Assembly (NCBI GenBank): GCA_039817275.1
Contig: JBCBWB010000001.1
Span: 25,344 to 89,343, forward strand
Reading direction: 5' to 3'
From: Cyanobacteria bacterium J06648_1
GTDB lineage: Bacteria; Cyanobacteriota; Cyanobacteriia; Cyanobacteriales; Xenococcaceae
Length of the DNA stretch: 64,000 bases
How positions within the stretch are numbered: the first letter of the stretch is position 1; each line of letters opens with the position of its first letter. Under the pieces are notes generated by a model. The model searched no databases. It was given only the letters and a program-made list of their open reading frames with translations, and was not told where the DNA came from. The translations under genes were made by a program, and so were the position numbers. Below, one piece after another: positions 47,153 to 57,634 of this stretch.

Positions 47153-47355
47153 GTCACAGATTACTCCGCGCACAAAGCGGAGCTTTGCCAGTCTCCGCAG
47201 CACGTACGTGCAGTCCGCCGCCAAGGCGGCTAGCAAATCTTCGATTTGCGCGAGATGATGAGGGCGGTGCTTACGCACCTGACCGTCCGAAGGACGGCAC
47301 TGGACGCATTCGCGTCTGCGCCTCGCAAACGACGGAGCCTGCTGTGACCGTTGGT
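47153..47355. mobile_element. composite element: arms of the 50-nt hairpin element separated by 157 nt of seven further mini-hairpins
   Basis: The arms 47153-69 and 47327-55 match the reverse complement of 9112-9161 at 16/17 and 28/29 positions. Internal hairpins lie at 47164-82, 47200-11, 47217-30, 47233-49, 47266-79, 47283-97 and 47303-16. Confidence 0.6.
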
Positions 47356-47572
47356 CAAATCGCTCAGATAAACTTCTCTGTTACTCTATTGAGAATTGAC
47401 AGCAAGAATCAAAATTACCCCGATGTCCATAGCGTGCAATCATTCATTGGTTGTAAAGAAGCATAATTGTTGTTCAGAACTATACTCACTCTAGACAGCA
47501 ACATTTAGACGATTTCTGGTTTAATATTTCTAGGCTACGGCAAATACTTACCTTTGTTAGGCAATAATACTT

Positions 47573-48598
47573 ATGGACTATAAAGACGCTGGTGTTGATG
47601 TAGAAGCGGGACGTTCTTTTGTCAACCAAATTCGTCAGGATGTTGAAAGCACCAAGCGACCAGAGGTATTGGGTGGTTTAGGCGGCTTTGGTGGTCTATT
47701 TCAAATGCCTTCTGGCTATGAGCAACCCGTTTTAGTTTCAGGTACAGACGGTGTAGGGACAAAGCTAAAAATTGCTCAAGAAATAGGTTGCCACGATACG
47801 GTGGGCATTGATCTGGTAGCGATGTGCGTCAATGACATTCTGACCTCTGGCGCAGAACCGCTCTTCTTTCTAGACTATTTAGCTACTGGAAAACTCAACC
47901 CTCAGCAGTTGGCGGAGGTAGTAAAGGGTATTGCTCAGGGTTGCCGTCTGAGCGGCTGTGCGTTGTTGGGAGGAGAAACAGCAGAAATGCCAGGGTTTTA
48001 TCAGCTAGGAGAATACGATCTGGCGGGGTTTTGCGTTGGCGTAGTCGAGAAAAGCAGGCTGCTAGATGGTTCGCAGGTACAGATTGGCGATGTAGCGATT
48101 GGTTTGGCTAGTGCGGGAGTTCACAGTAATGGTTTTAGCCTGGTACGAAAAATTGTGGCAGCAGGGGGATATAAATGGTCTGATACCCCAGAAATCTTCA
48201 ATGGTAGTAGCCTCGGTGCAGAGTTAATTAAGCCAACTCAAATTTATGTCAAACCTATCCTCGAACTGCTCAAAACAGAAATAGAAGTTCACGCCATGGC
48301 TCACATCACAGGAGGTGGCTTACCAGAAAATTTGCCTCGCTGCTTGAATCAGGGGCAGTCCATTAAAGTGAAACAAAATAGCTGGGATGTTCTTCCCGTG
48401 TTTGAGTGGCTAGCCGAAGCAGGAAAAATTCAATCCGAGGCTATGTTTAATACTTTTAATATGGGTATTGGCTTTGTGGTAATGGTGTCGCCAGAACAAG
48501 CTCAATCAGCCCTAGACTGGTTTAAATCACAAGACATCGCCGCTGCGGAAATTGGCACAGTGATTGCAGGAGACGGGACTTTATCAATTGATAGTTGA
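47573..48598 (+). CDS. purM: phosphoribosylformylglycinamidine cyclo-ligase (AIR synthetase)
   Basis: [12 protein letters not shown]..., [23 protein letters not shown], and GGETAEMPG. Confidence 0.92.
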   Translation: MDYKDAGVDVEAGRSFVNQIRQDVESTKRPEVLGGLGGFGGLFQMPSGYEQPVLVSGTDGVGTKLKIAQEIGCHDTVGIDLVAMCVNDILTSGAEPLFFLDYLATGKLNPQQLAEVVKGIAQGCRLSGCALLGGETAEMPGFYQLGEYDLAGFCVGVVEKSRLLDGSQVQIGDVAIGLASAGVHSNGFSLVRKIVAAGGYKWSDTPEIFNGSSLGAELIKPTQIYVKPILELLKTEIEVHAMAHITGGGLPENLPRCLNQGQSIKVKQNSWDVLPVFEWLAEAGKIQSEAMFNTFNMGIGFVVMVSPEQAQSALDWFKSQDIAAAEIGTVIAGDGTLSIDS

Positions 48599-48642
48599 TC
48601 GCAAAGTATATTGATAACTGTCAGTCATTATCAATTATTTAT

Positions 48643-49560
48643 TCAATGTTGGAAAACTTCCTGAGCAGCACGGTGTAATAAGGAATGACGATAAACTAAT
48701 GCAGACATATCCTTACCATAGCCACCACCAATTACGCTTGCCACAGGATATCCTTCTGCTTTACAGGTACTTAAAACCATTCTCTCACGCCGATAAATTC
48801 CCCAGTCTGTCAGAGCTAGTTTACCCAAGCGATCGCTTACATGAGTATCAACCCCTGCATCATACAAGACCAAATCAGGTTTAACTTCAGCTAATAAATC
48901 GCCTAAATGACTGGCAAGAATTTGTAGATAGCCGTCGTCGTCCAAGCCTTTTGGTAGGGGAACATCCAAGTCACTCTGCTGTTTGCGACCAGGAAAATTT
49001 GCTTCGCAATGCATCGAAAAGGTAAAAACACTATTGTCTCCCTGAAAGGTATAGGCGGTACCGTCTCCTTGATGGACATCACAATCGATAATCAAAATTT
49101 GCTTGACTAGCTGCTGCTGCTGCAAGACACGGGAGGCGATCGCCAGATCGTTAAAGATGCAAAATCCCGATCCATAGCTAGGAAAAGCATGATGAGTCCC
49201 CCCAGCAGTATTACAGGCACAGCCATACTCCAAAGCTAACTTTGCCGCCAATATTGTTCCGCCAATAGCAATTTGAGTCCGATGGGCTAAAGCCTGGCTC
49301 CAGGGCAAACCTATACGCCGTTGCGCTTTATGCTCTAACGTACCATTGCAATACGCCTGAACATATGCGGGAGTATGAACGAGCTGAATTAATTCTCGAT
49401 CTGGTAATTCGGGCGCAAAAATTTGTTCTGGTTCAACTATTCCGTCCTTTAGCAGTAGATCTCGGAGAATTTTGAACTTCGGCATGGGGAAGCGATGAAC
49501 GTCAGGCAAAGGCGCGACATAATCAGGATGATATACCAGAGCGAAACCGTATTTGCCCAT
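48643..49560 (-). CDS. histone deacetylase-family (AcuC/Aph-like) deacetylase
   Basis: GGTHHAFPSYGSGFCIFNDLAIA, the metal ligands DCDVHQGDGT, and GGGY near the C-terminus. Confidence 0.85.
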   Translation of the reverse strand: MGKYGFALVYHPDYVAPLPDVHRFPMPKFKILRDLLLKDGIVEPEQIFAPELPDRELIQLVHTPAYVQAYCNGTLEHKAQRRIGLPWSQALAHRTQIAIGGTILAAKLALEYGCACNTAGGTHHAFPSYGSGFCIFNDLAIASRVLQQQQLVKQILIIDCDVHQGDGTAYTFQGDNSVFTFSMHCEANFPGRKQQSDLDVPLPKGLDDDGYLQILASHLGDLLAEVKPDLVLYDAGVDTHVSDRLGKLALTDWGIYRRERMVLSTCKAEGYPVASVIGGGYGKDMSALVYRHSLLHRAAQEVFQH

Positions 49561-49973
49561 TGATGAGGGTTAATAAAAGATTAAATTAAGGAAAAAAAGT
49601 TTTAGCGATTTTGACAGGATGGATTTCCTGATCTCAATAACCATCTCAGGCTTTGATGGCTATTTAATACCTGAGCTTAAGCTAGCGATATGTAAGATCT
49701 GCACTCATAGCTGTATACTTACTTATCTACATATATTCTGACATCTGACAAAATTATTATCCCTAGATATACCGTCTCATCTTGGAGAATCTAGTCGACT
49801 CGATAGACAACTGCCTTAAGCAGTAGCGATCGCAACAACGCAATCATCATGATAAGTATCATCTGATACAAATTTCTGCCAAATTGTAAAAAAATTTCTA
49901 ATTTTTTACAACAAGATGAGAAAATCTGTGAAGGATAAATGAAACATATTGAATACTTTTATTAGGTAAAATC

Positions 49974-51908
49974 ATGCTAATCAACGGTAATGCAGGTAAT
50001 AATAGATTAATAGGTACATCAGGAGATGATACCTTAAATGGTCTGGGCGGTGCTGATAGCCTGGTTGGTAGAGCGGGAGATGATTCCTTAGTCGGAGGAG
50101 GAGGAAATGATACTCTGCGCGGCGGTTTAGGAGAAGATATTCTTTTAGGCGGAGCTGGCAACGATCTAATCAGCTTTAATGTTGGTGGTAAATCCGTTGA
50201 CGGCGGAGCAGGAAATGACACAGTATCGCTCAATTTTGCTCCCGAATCTGATGATTTTACTCTAATTTATAACAGCACCGATGGTGGAGTAACTAGCGAC
50301 GGTATCCTGAGCGGAACTCGTATTGAGGGTGTCGAGCAGGTAAATGTTAGATCTGGTTCGGGTGAAGACAGTATCAACACTTCGGGAGCGTCTATTGGCG
50401 GCACGATTATCACCAACAATGGTGCTGACCTAATTATCGCCAGCGAGGGCGATGATAGTATTGATGGCGGTTCTGGTGATGACACTATCAGTGGTGGTAA
50501 TGGAGACGATAGTATTGACGGCGGAGTCGGCGCCGATATTATTAACGGTCAAGATGGTGATGATGTAATTACCTTTGGCGGAGGTGCCAAAACTGTTGAC
50601 GGTGGTGGTGGAAGCGATCGCATCGTACTAGACTTCTCAAACCTCGATGAAGATTTTGTTCTGACTTACAATCAGTTTGAAGAAGCCAGTCCCACAGTTG
50701 GAGGCATTCTAGACGGTACAGAAATTGAGGAAATTCAGCAGGTTGATGTTGAATCAGGTGCAGGAAACGACCTGATTGATATAGCCGTAGCAACGGTTGG
50801 CAGCACGCTCCTGGGCGGTGCGGGCTTAGATTCTCTAATTGGCGGTTCGGGAGACGATACCCTTGATGGTGGTGCGGATAACGATATCTTTTTTGGTAAT
50901 GCAGGTAGCGATGAAATTATCGGTGGTGGCGGAGACGAAGACGTTGCCGTCTTTGCTGGCAGTGTAGACGACTACGAAATTACCTTGGGCGAAGAAACTG
51001 TAACTTTAGAAATTGATGAGGATATCGATACCTTGACCGATATCGATTTTCTGCGGTTTGATGATGGCGATATCGAAGTTGCAACCGAAGAATTTTTCGA
51101 CCTCGAACAGCGTGCAGAACGCGAAGCTATTAGTGCAGCAGCCCGTGCAGCAGCAGAGGCAGAGGCAGAAGCCGAAGCGGAGGAAGAAGCAGAGGATAAC
51201 GAAGATCCTGATGCTGACGACTCCGTTGAAGATGACGAAGATACTGATGCCGATGCTGATACAGACACCGACGATGAGGATGCTGATGCCGATGCTGATA
51301 CAGACACTAACGACGAAGATGCAGACGCAGAAGAAGATGCAGAACTAGAAGAAGATTCCGACGCTGAAACTTCCGATACAGTACAAGATGTGGATCTAGG
51401 TGGTTTGGTAGATGCTGATGCTACCGATGGTGAAGAAGGTGAACCTGTCTTTCAACTTGTAAATGTAGACGGTTCGAGCCAGTTTTATACCACTAGTGAA
51501 ACAGAAAGAGATTTAATTCTGGAGAGTGATTCTAGTTTTGAATCTAGAGGGGTTTCTTTCCTCGGTGCTGAGGCACCATCAGAGGGTGATGAGTTGGCAG
51601 GGATTTCTTCTGTATCTCGCTTCCTAAATACTGATAATGATACTTATCTCTATACAACAGACGACAATGAGATAGCAGCAATCAACAGTAATCTAGATAA
51701 TTTCGTCTTTGAGGGTACTGCCTACTATGCCTTTGATAGCCAGGAAGCAGGAACTATACCTGTCTATCGCGTTTATAACAGCGAGCTTGACCAACACTCC
51801 TTTACTACCTCGGTAGCAGAACGAGATAGTCTAATCAGTGCTGACTTTGTTCAGCAAGGCGGAGAAGACGGTATTGCTTTCTATGTCGAACCTGCGACCG
51901 AACTATAA
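49974..51908 (+). CDS. RTX-type (GGxGxD nonapeptide) calcium-binding protein with an acidic low-complexity spacer and a C-terminal triple-motif domain
   Basis: Many GGAGNDxL/GGSGDDTI nonapeptides and no signal peptide. A D/E/A-rich block spans about 51130-51400. The C-terminal repeats have the form F/YTT...ERD (QFYTTSETERDLI, YLYTTDDNEIAAI, HSFTTSVAERDSLI). Confidence 0.8.
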   Translation: MLINGNAGNNRLIGTSGDDTLNGLGGADSLVGRAGDDSLVGGGGNDTLRGGLGEDILLGGAGNDLISFNVGGKSVDGGAGNDTVSLNFAPESDDFTLIYNSTDGGVTSDGILSGTRIEGVEQVNVRSGSGEDSINTSGASIGGTIITNNGADLIIASEGDDSIDGGSGDDTISGGNGDDSIDGGVGADIINGQDGDDVITFGGGAKTVDGGGGSDRIVLDFSNLDEDFVLTYNQFEEASPTVGGILDGTEIEEIQQVDVESGAGNDLIDIAVATVGSTLLGGAGLDSLIGGSGDDTLDGGADNDIFFGNAGSDEIIGGGGDEDVAVFAGSVDDYEITLGEETVTLEIDEDIDTLTDIDFLRFDDGDIEVATEEFFDLEQRAEREAISAAARAAAEAEAEAEAEEEAEDNEDPDADDSVEDDEDTDADADTDTDDEDADADADTDTNDEDADAEEDAELEEDSDAETSDTVQDVDLGGLVDADATDGEEGEPVFQLVNVDGSSQFYTTSETERDLILESDSSFESRGVSFLGAEAPSEGDELAGISSVSRFLNTDNDTYLYTTDDNEIAAINSNLDNFVFEGTAYYAFDSQEAGTIPVYRVYNSELDQHSFTTSVAERDSLISADFVQQGGEDGIAFYVEPATEL

Positions 51909-52389
51909 TCAGAAATTACTAACCGCAACAAATTTAATAAATCACTAGGACAGTGAATATAGGCTAGGTGAGGTAGATGCTGGGATTTCTACTTTCCTAG
52001 CTTTTTTTTCGCTCTAAGAATTATTCGATCCAAGTTTGGAGAACTGTCCAATTTTGTGCTGACTGTAGCGAATATTACACTATGAAGATTTCGTGTTGTT
52101 AGAAGATGCTCGACACAAACATGATACAAATACAGGGAAGGCGCTAATCCCCCTAATTAAAAGGTTTCAGGGTTAATATCTCGAAATAATTAGTGAATGT
52201 TTATCTTAACGTTTACAAATTTGACATTGAAACGAATACATTTATTCGGTCTAAGATACCTGTTCGATAAACAAAGGGAATTAGAGGCAAAAGATTTTAA
52301 TTACTGGCAAAATCTCTCCTGAATTTGGAGAGGACGATCAATCCGACATCAAAAGATCCACCAAATCTATCTCAACGACAAACAAAAAA

Positions 52390-54234
52390 ATGGATATCAA
52401 TTTTGGTCAAGTTGTACTGGTTAAGGATATTAATCCCAATGTCACAAATGGCTATTACGGGGGTGTTTATCCCCAAAGCTCTTTTCCAGATGGTCTTATT
52501 GAATTTGATGACCAGCTTTATTTTTCCGCCGACAACGGCGTAAATGGCGATGAACTATTTGTTAGTAATGGAACGGCAGAAGGGACGCAACTGCTGATAG
52601 ATCTTAATCCTGGTTCGAGTAACTATGGCTTTGCCTATAGCTCAACTGTCAGTTACCTGACCGAGTTCAACGACAAGCTTTATTTCTCGGCTAACGACGG
52701 CGAAAGCGGGAGAGAATTATTTGTTAGCGATGGCACAGCAGAAGGTACTCAACTACTAGTAGATTTACGTCCTGGTTCGGGCAATTATGACTACGGTTCT
52801 GGCTACAGCTATAGCTCTTATCCTGGAGATTTGACTGAGTTTAACGGCAGACTTTATTTCTCGGCTGATGATGGTGAAAATGGCAGAGAATTATTTGTTA
52901 GTGATGGTACAGCAGAAGGTACGCAACTGCTAGTAGATCTCAATCCTAATTCGGGCTATGGCTATAATTCTGGTTCTTATCCTGATAACTTTACCGAGTT
53001 TAACAGCAGACTTTATTTCTCTGCGGACAACGGCGAAAGTGGCAACGAAATATTTGTTAGTGACGGTACAGCAGAAGGTACGCAACTGCTGGTAGATCTA
53101 CGTCCTGGTTCGAGCAGCTATGGCTATGATTATGGTTCTAATCCTAGTGACTTTACAGAATTCAACGGTAAGCTCTATTTCGCTGCGGATAATGGTGAAA
53201 GTGGGAATGAACTATTTGTCACTGACGGAACGGCAGAAGGGACTCAGCTACTAGTAGATCTGCGTCCTGGTTCGAGTAACTATGGCTATAGCTACGGTTC
53301 CAACCCCAGCGATCTAGTTGAATTTAACGGTAAGCTTTATTTCACTGCGGATAATGGTGAAAGTGGCAGAGAACTGTTCGCTACGGATGGGACGGCAGAG
53401 GGAACTCAACTAGTTGCCGATTTGCGCCCTGGTTCGAGTAGTTACGGCTATAGTTACGGCTCCGATCCTAGTGATTTAACCGTAGTTGGCGATGAGCTAT
53501 TTTTCTCCGCCCGTAATAGAGAAGTAGGAACTGAACTATTTAAACTAACTTTTGAGGATACATCAATCTCAATTGACGGTACAAATGGCTCGGATAATCT
53601 CTTGGGCGGCGATCGCTCTGAGCAAATTCAGGCTTTGAATGGTCAAGATACGGTTGATAGCGGTGGCGGTAACGATACAATCGATGGCGGTAATGGCGAT
53701 GACTCCCTGAGTAGTTTTTCTGGCGACAACAGCCTAATTGGCAATAACGGCAACGATACCCTCGATAGCGGCGGCGGCAACGATATTCTCAGCGGTGGCA
53801 ACGGTAGTGATGTTCTCACTTCAGGCAGCGGCAACGATAGCTTGAGTGGCGGCGGGAATAACGACACTCTCGATGGGGGAGATGGTATCGATACTTTGTT
53901 TGGGGATAATGGGGATGATCGCCTGGTTGGCGGTAGTGGTGACGACTTCCTGACGGGAGGCAGCGGGAATGACTTTCTCGACGGTGGAATCGGCTTCGAC
54001 AACCTCGAAGGCGGCAATGGAGACGATCTGTTTGTCCTCAGTTCTGGTGATGGGACAGATACGATCACCGACTTTAATGTTAATGGTGGCGATCGCCTTG
54101 GTTTGGCTGATGGACTACAGTTTGAGTTTCTGACTTTCTCTGGCAACGATATTTTATCGGCAGGAGAGGTCTTAGCTAGTCTTGATGGAGTCAATACAGA
54201 ACAGCTAACGGCAGTTCAGTTTCGAGAAATCTAG
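52390..54234 (+). CDS. ELWxxDG-repeat (predicted beta-propeller) protein fused to an RTX calcium-binding C-terminal module
   Basis: Six full ELF(V/A)(S/T)[10 protein letters not shown](V)DL(R/N)PGS units plus a terminal partial one, then GGxGxD nonapeptides. No signal peptide. Confidence 0.8.
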   Translation: MDINFGQVVLVKDINPNVTNGYYGGVYPQSSFPDGLIEFDDQLYFSADNGVNGDELFVSNGTAEGTQLLIDLNPGSSNYGFAYSSTVSYLTEFNDKLYFSANDGESGRELFVSDGTAEGTQLLVDLRPGSGNYDYGSGYSYSSYPGDLTEFNGRLYFSADDGENGRELFVSDGTAEGTQLLVDLNPNSGYGYNSGSYPDNFTEFNSRLYFSADNGESGNEIFVSDGTAEGTQLLVDLRPGSSSYGYDYGSNPSDFTEFNGKLYFAADNGESGNELFVTDGTAEGTQLLVDLRPGSSNYGYSYGSNPSDLVEFNGKLYFTADNGESGRELFATDGTAEGTQLVADLRPGSSSYGYSYGSDPSDLTVVGDELFFSARNREVGTELFKLTFEDTSISIDGTNGSDNLLGGDRSEQIQALNGQDTVDSGGGNDTIDGGNGDDSLSSFSGDNSLIGNNGNDTLDSGGGNDILSGGNGSDVLTSGSGNDSLSGGGNNDTLDGGDGIDTLFGDNGDDRLVGGSGDDFLTGGSGNDFLDGGIGFDNLEGGNGDDLFVLSSGDGTDTITDFNVNGGDRLGLADGLQFEFLTFSGNDILSAGEVLASLDGVNTEQLTAVQFREI

Positions 54235-54419
54235 TAGCTGGTAGAAGGGGGTTTGCTTCGTCGAATTCATTCTTGAGTAGGCAATCAAGATAATTCAAGA
54301 ATAATTACAAGATCTTTAGTTACTGGCAAAGCTTTCTTAAAAAAGGCGATCGCCCTTTGGGTACGCTGCGCGATCGCACTCAATACAAGTAATTAATTTA
54401 AACTATCTCAAAAAAACAA

Positions 54420-56423
54420 ATGGATACTAATTTAGGTCAAGTCGTATTAGTCAAAGATATTAATCCGATAGTTTCTAATGCAGAAAATGGCTCTTCTAGT
54501 ACTTATGATTCTTTTCCTCAAAATCTTACTGAATTTGACAACAAACTGTTTTTTTCTGCCGACAATGGCGAAAGCGGTACGGAATTGTTTGTTAGTGATG
54601 GCACGGTGGAAGGCACTCAGCTAGTAGTAGACCTCAATCCAGGAGTAGATCCCTTTGGCTATTTTATTTACAGTTCTTCTCCTAGCGATTTTGCAGAATT
54701 GAACGACAAGCTGTATTTCGCTGCTGATAATGGCGAAGATGGCAGAGAATTGTTTGTCAGTGACGGAACCGCAGAGGGTACTCAGCTACTAGTAGATCTC
54801 AATCCTGGTAGTAGCGATTATGGTTTTGCCTACAGTTCTTCTCCCAGCGGTTTGACTGAATTGAACGGCAAACTGTATTTCGCTGCTGATAATGGCGAAA
54901 GTGGTACGGAATTATTTGTTAGTGATGGAACCGCAGAGGGTACTCAGCTACTGGTAGATCTCAATCCTGGCAGTAGCGATTATGGTTTTGCCTACAGCTC
55001 TGATCCTGCCTACATTGCTGAGGTCAACGGCAAACTGTTTTTTGCCGCGGATAATGGTGAGAGTGGTACAGAGTTATTTGTCAGTGACGGAACCGCAGAG
55101 GGTACTCAGCTGCTAATAGATCTTAATCCTGGTAGTAACAATTATGGTTCTGCCTATAGTTCTTTTCCTAGCGGCTTTAATGAATTTAACGACAAATTGT
55201 ATTTCACCGCCAGAGGTGAAGATGGTGGTTTTAATTTATATGTCAGTGATGGAACCGCATCAGGTACTCAAGTAATCTTCGATCTAAATCCAGGTTCTAA
55301 TAGATATCGTGTTCCTAATTCCTACTACAGTGAGCTAATCGTATTTGACGACCAGCTTTATTTCGTTGCGGAAGATAACGAAAGTGGTAGAGAGCTGTTT
55401 GTTAGCGACGGCACCGCAGAAGGTACTCAACTGCTTGTAGGTCTTAACCCTGGGGGCAACGATTATGTCAGCTATAGTTCCGCTCCAGGCGACTTTGCTG
55501 TATTTGACGACCAGCTTTATTTTGCTGCTGATGATGGCGAAAACGGCAGAGAATTGTTCGTCAGTGATGGAACGGCAGAGGGTACTCAATTAGTAGCAGA
55601 TCTCAACCCTGGAGAAGATAATTATGGTACTCGCGGTTCATATCCCAGGTATCTTACTGTTGCTGGCAACGAGCTGTTTTTTAACGCCGATAATGGTGAA
55701 ACTGGAGCTGAACTATTCAAATTAACAATTGAGGATCTGACTCCAGAAGCACCAATATTAATCGATGGTACAAATGGCTCGGATAATCTCTTGGGCGGCG
55801 ATCGCTCTGAGCAAATTCAGGCTTTGAGTGGTCAAGATACGGTTGATAGTGGTGGCGGTAACGATACAGTCGATGGCGGTAATGGGGATGATCGCCTGAG
55901 TAGTTTTTCTGGCAACAACAGCCTAATTGGTAATAACGGCAACGATACCCTCGATAGCGGCGACGGTGCCGATCTTCTAGATGGTGGCAACGGCAGTGAT
56001 GTTCTTAGTTCGGGTAGTGGTAACGATAGTTTGACTGGCGGCGGCAATAATGACACTCTCGATGCTGGCGACGGTATCGATACTTTGTTTGGCGATAATG
56101 GCGATGATCGCCTCTTTGGTGGTGGTGGTGATGATCGCCTCTTTGGTGGCAATGGTAATGACTTCCTCGATGGAGGAATTGGTCACGATACCCTCAACGG
56201 CAGCAATGGTGATGATCTGTTTATCCTGAGAACTGGTGATGGGACAGATACGATCGCCGACTTTAATCTCAACGGTGGCGATCGCCTTGGTTTGGCTGAT
56301 GGACTCCAGTTTGAGTCTCTGACTTTCTCTGGCAACGATATTTTATCGGGTGGAGAGGTTTTAGCTAGTCTTGATGGAGTCAATACAGAACAGCTAACGG
56401 CAGTTCAATTTCGAGAAATCTAG
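54420..56423 (+). CDS. ELWxxDG-repeat / RTX protein, tandem paralogue of 52390-54234
   Basis: Seven full [14 protein letters not shown] units plus a partial one. The C-terminal ~219 aa are collinear with the upstream paralogue without indels (constant offset of 2189 nt). Confidence 0.8.
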   Translation: MDTNLGQVVLVKDINPIVSNAENGSSSTYDSFPQNLTEFDNKLFFSADNGESGTELFVSDGTVEGTQLVVDLNPGVDPFGYFIYSSSPSDFAELNDKLYFAADNGEDGRELFVSDGTAEGTQLLVDLNPGSSDYGFAYSSSPSGLTELNGKLYFAADNGESGTELFVSDGTAEGTQLLVDLNPGSSDYGFAYSSDPAYIAEVNGKLFFAADNGESGTELFVSDGTAEGTQLLIDLNPGSNNYGSAYSSFPSGFNEFNDKLYFTARGEDGGFNLYVSDGTASGTQVIFDLNPGSNRYRVPNSYYSELIVFDDQLYFVAEDNESGRELFVSDGTAEGTQLLVGLNPGGNDYVSYSSAPGDFAVFDDQLYFAADDGENGRELFVSDGTAEGTQLVADLNPGEDNYGTRGSYPRYLTVAGNELFFNADNGETGAELFKLTIEDLTPEAPILIDGTNGSDNLLGGDRSEQIQALSGQDTVDSGGGNDTVDGGNGDDRLSSFSGNNSLIGNNGNDTLDSGDGADLLDGGNGSDVLSSGSGNDSLTGGGNNDTLDAGDGIDTLFGDNGDDRLFGGGGDDRLFGGNGNDFLDGGIGHDTLNGSNGDDLFILRTGDGTDTIADFNLNGGDRLGLADGLQFESLTFSGNDILSGGEVLASLDGVNTEQLTAVQFREI

Positions 56424-56515
56424 TAGCTGGTAGAGGAGGTTTGAGTTTAATTGAGCTTTCACTTACCTAAAAATGGCGATCGCCTGTAATCTTATCGAGC
56501 ATTTATTTAAGATCA

Positions 56516-57598
56516 ATGTTTCAACCAACAAATAAGATCAAAGCTGAGGAAAAAGATAAGCTGCGGGAGGTGAGTTACGAATATAGTAATAATCTAGAGG
56601 ATATTCTCAAATACCTCAAAATTACGCTTTTTTTCTCTACTTATCAGGCGGGAAAATTGGGAGTTGTCACCGTTAAGAATAATACCCTCAATCTTGCCTT
56701 TCACAATTTTGAACGAGCGATGGGTATGGCGGTTAGTGCCGCACGAATGGCGGTAGGAGGTAGAGACTGGGTTTATTTTTTGCGGAACGATAGGAGTTTG
56801 GCAGCACAAATCGAACCTCCTGGCAGTCACGATGCCTGTTTTTTGACCAAAAGCGGGCAGTATACAGGGGATATTTCGATTCACGATCTCGCCTGGGGCG
56901 GTAAAGAGCTGTGGATCGTTAATACCAGATTTTCCTGTCTTTGTACCCTCAGTAACAACTACAACTTTTTACCCCAGTGGCGACCAAATTTCGTCAGTGC
57001 AATCGCGCCTGAAGATCGCTGTCACCTCAACGGCATGGCAATGGTGAACAACATGCCCAAATATGTCACTGTTTTGGGTCAAACTGATACTCCAGGGGGT
57101 TGGCGAGCCAACAAAGCTAGTGGCGGCTGCATTCTGGAAGTTCCCAGCAGCAAAGTTATTACCAGTGGTTTATCAATGCCTCACTCCCCCCGCATCTACC
57201 AAAATACTCTCTGGGTACTCAATTCAGGTAAGGGAGAATTAATTACGGTAGATCTTAATTCGGGGAAACAAGAGCTAGTGGTTGCTTTGCCTGGATACAC
57301 TCGCGGCATGGCGTTTGTGGGCAATTTTGCTTTCATTGGTCTGTCAAAAATTCGCGAAACGGCTATTTTTGGTAATTTACCTATCAGCGATCGCTTTCAC
57401 GACTTGAAGTGCGGCATTGCCATTGTCGATCTACAGGCAAAGAAAATGATCGGCTGTCTAGAGTTCAAAGCGGGAGTTGACGAAATCTTCGATGTACAGA
57501 CGGCAGCCTTCAATCGAGCCATGATTTCTGGCCCCTACGCCGTAACAGACGGTGCCAGCCAGATCTGGTCGCTCCCCGCTAGCGCCGCGAGTAGTTAA
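56516..57598 (+). CDS. DUF4915 / TIGR03032-like uncharacterised protein
   Basis: 360 aa. LFFSTYQAGKLGVV..., DRCHLNGMA and SMPHSPR match my memory of the invariant motifs of this uncharacterised family (not verified by search). Confidence 0.55.
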   Translation: MFQPTNKIKAEEKDKLREVSYEYSNNLEDILKYLKITLFFSTYQAGKLGVVTVKNNTLNLAFHNFERAMGMAVSAARMAVGGRDWVYFLRNDRSLAAQIEPPGSHDACFLTKSGQYTGDISIHDLAWGGKELWIVNTRFSCLCTLSNNYNFLPQWRPNFVSAIAPEDRCHLNGMAMVNNMPKYVTVLGQTDTPGGWRANKASGGCILEVPSSKVITSGLSMPHSPRIYQNTLWVLNSGKGELITVDLNSGKQELVVALPGYTRGMAFVGNFAFIGLSKIRETAIFGNLPISDRFHDLKCGIAIVDLQAKKMIGCLEFKAGVDEIFDVQTAAFNRAMISGPYAVTDGASQIWSLPASAASS

Positions 57599-57634
57599 GT
57601 TTATTCTGGTTCTCGATCACAACTAAACCACCCT

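Noticed and set aside
47185-47466. 93-aa plus-strand ORF (TTG start) in the rlpA-purM spacer.
   Set aside because: Most of it is the translation of the hairpin island at 47153-47355 (Ala/Arg/Pro-rich). There is no RBS and no domain.
53643-54194. 183-aa antisense ORF opposite the RTX module. The same artefact occurs at 55832-56152, 55977-56186, 56183-56383, 49898-50233, 50267-50485 and 50972-51307.
   Set aside because: The reverse complement of GGxGxD-coding repeats yields long open Pro/Ser/Leu-rich frames. The sense frames have strong family motifs, and the antisense ones have none.
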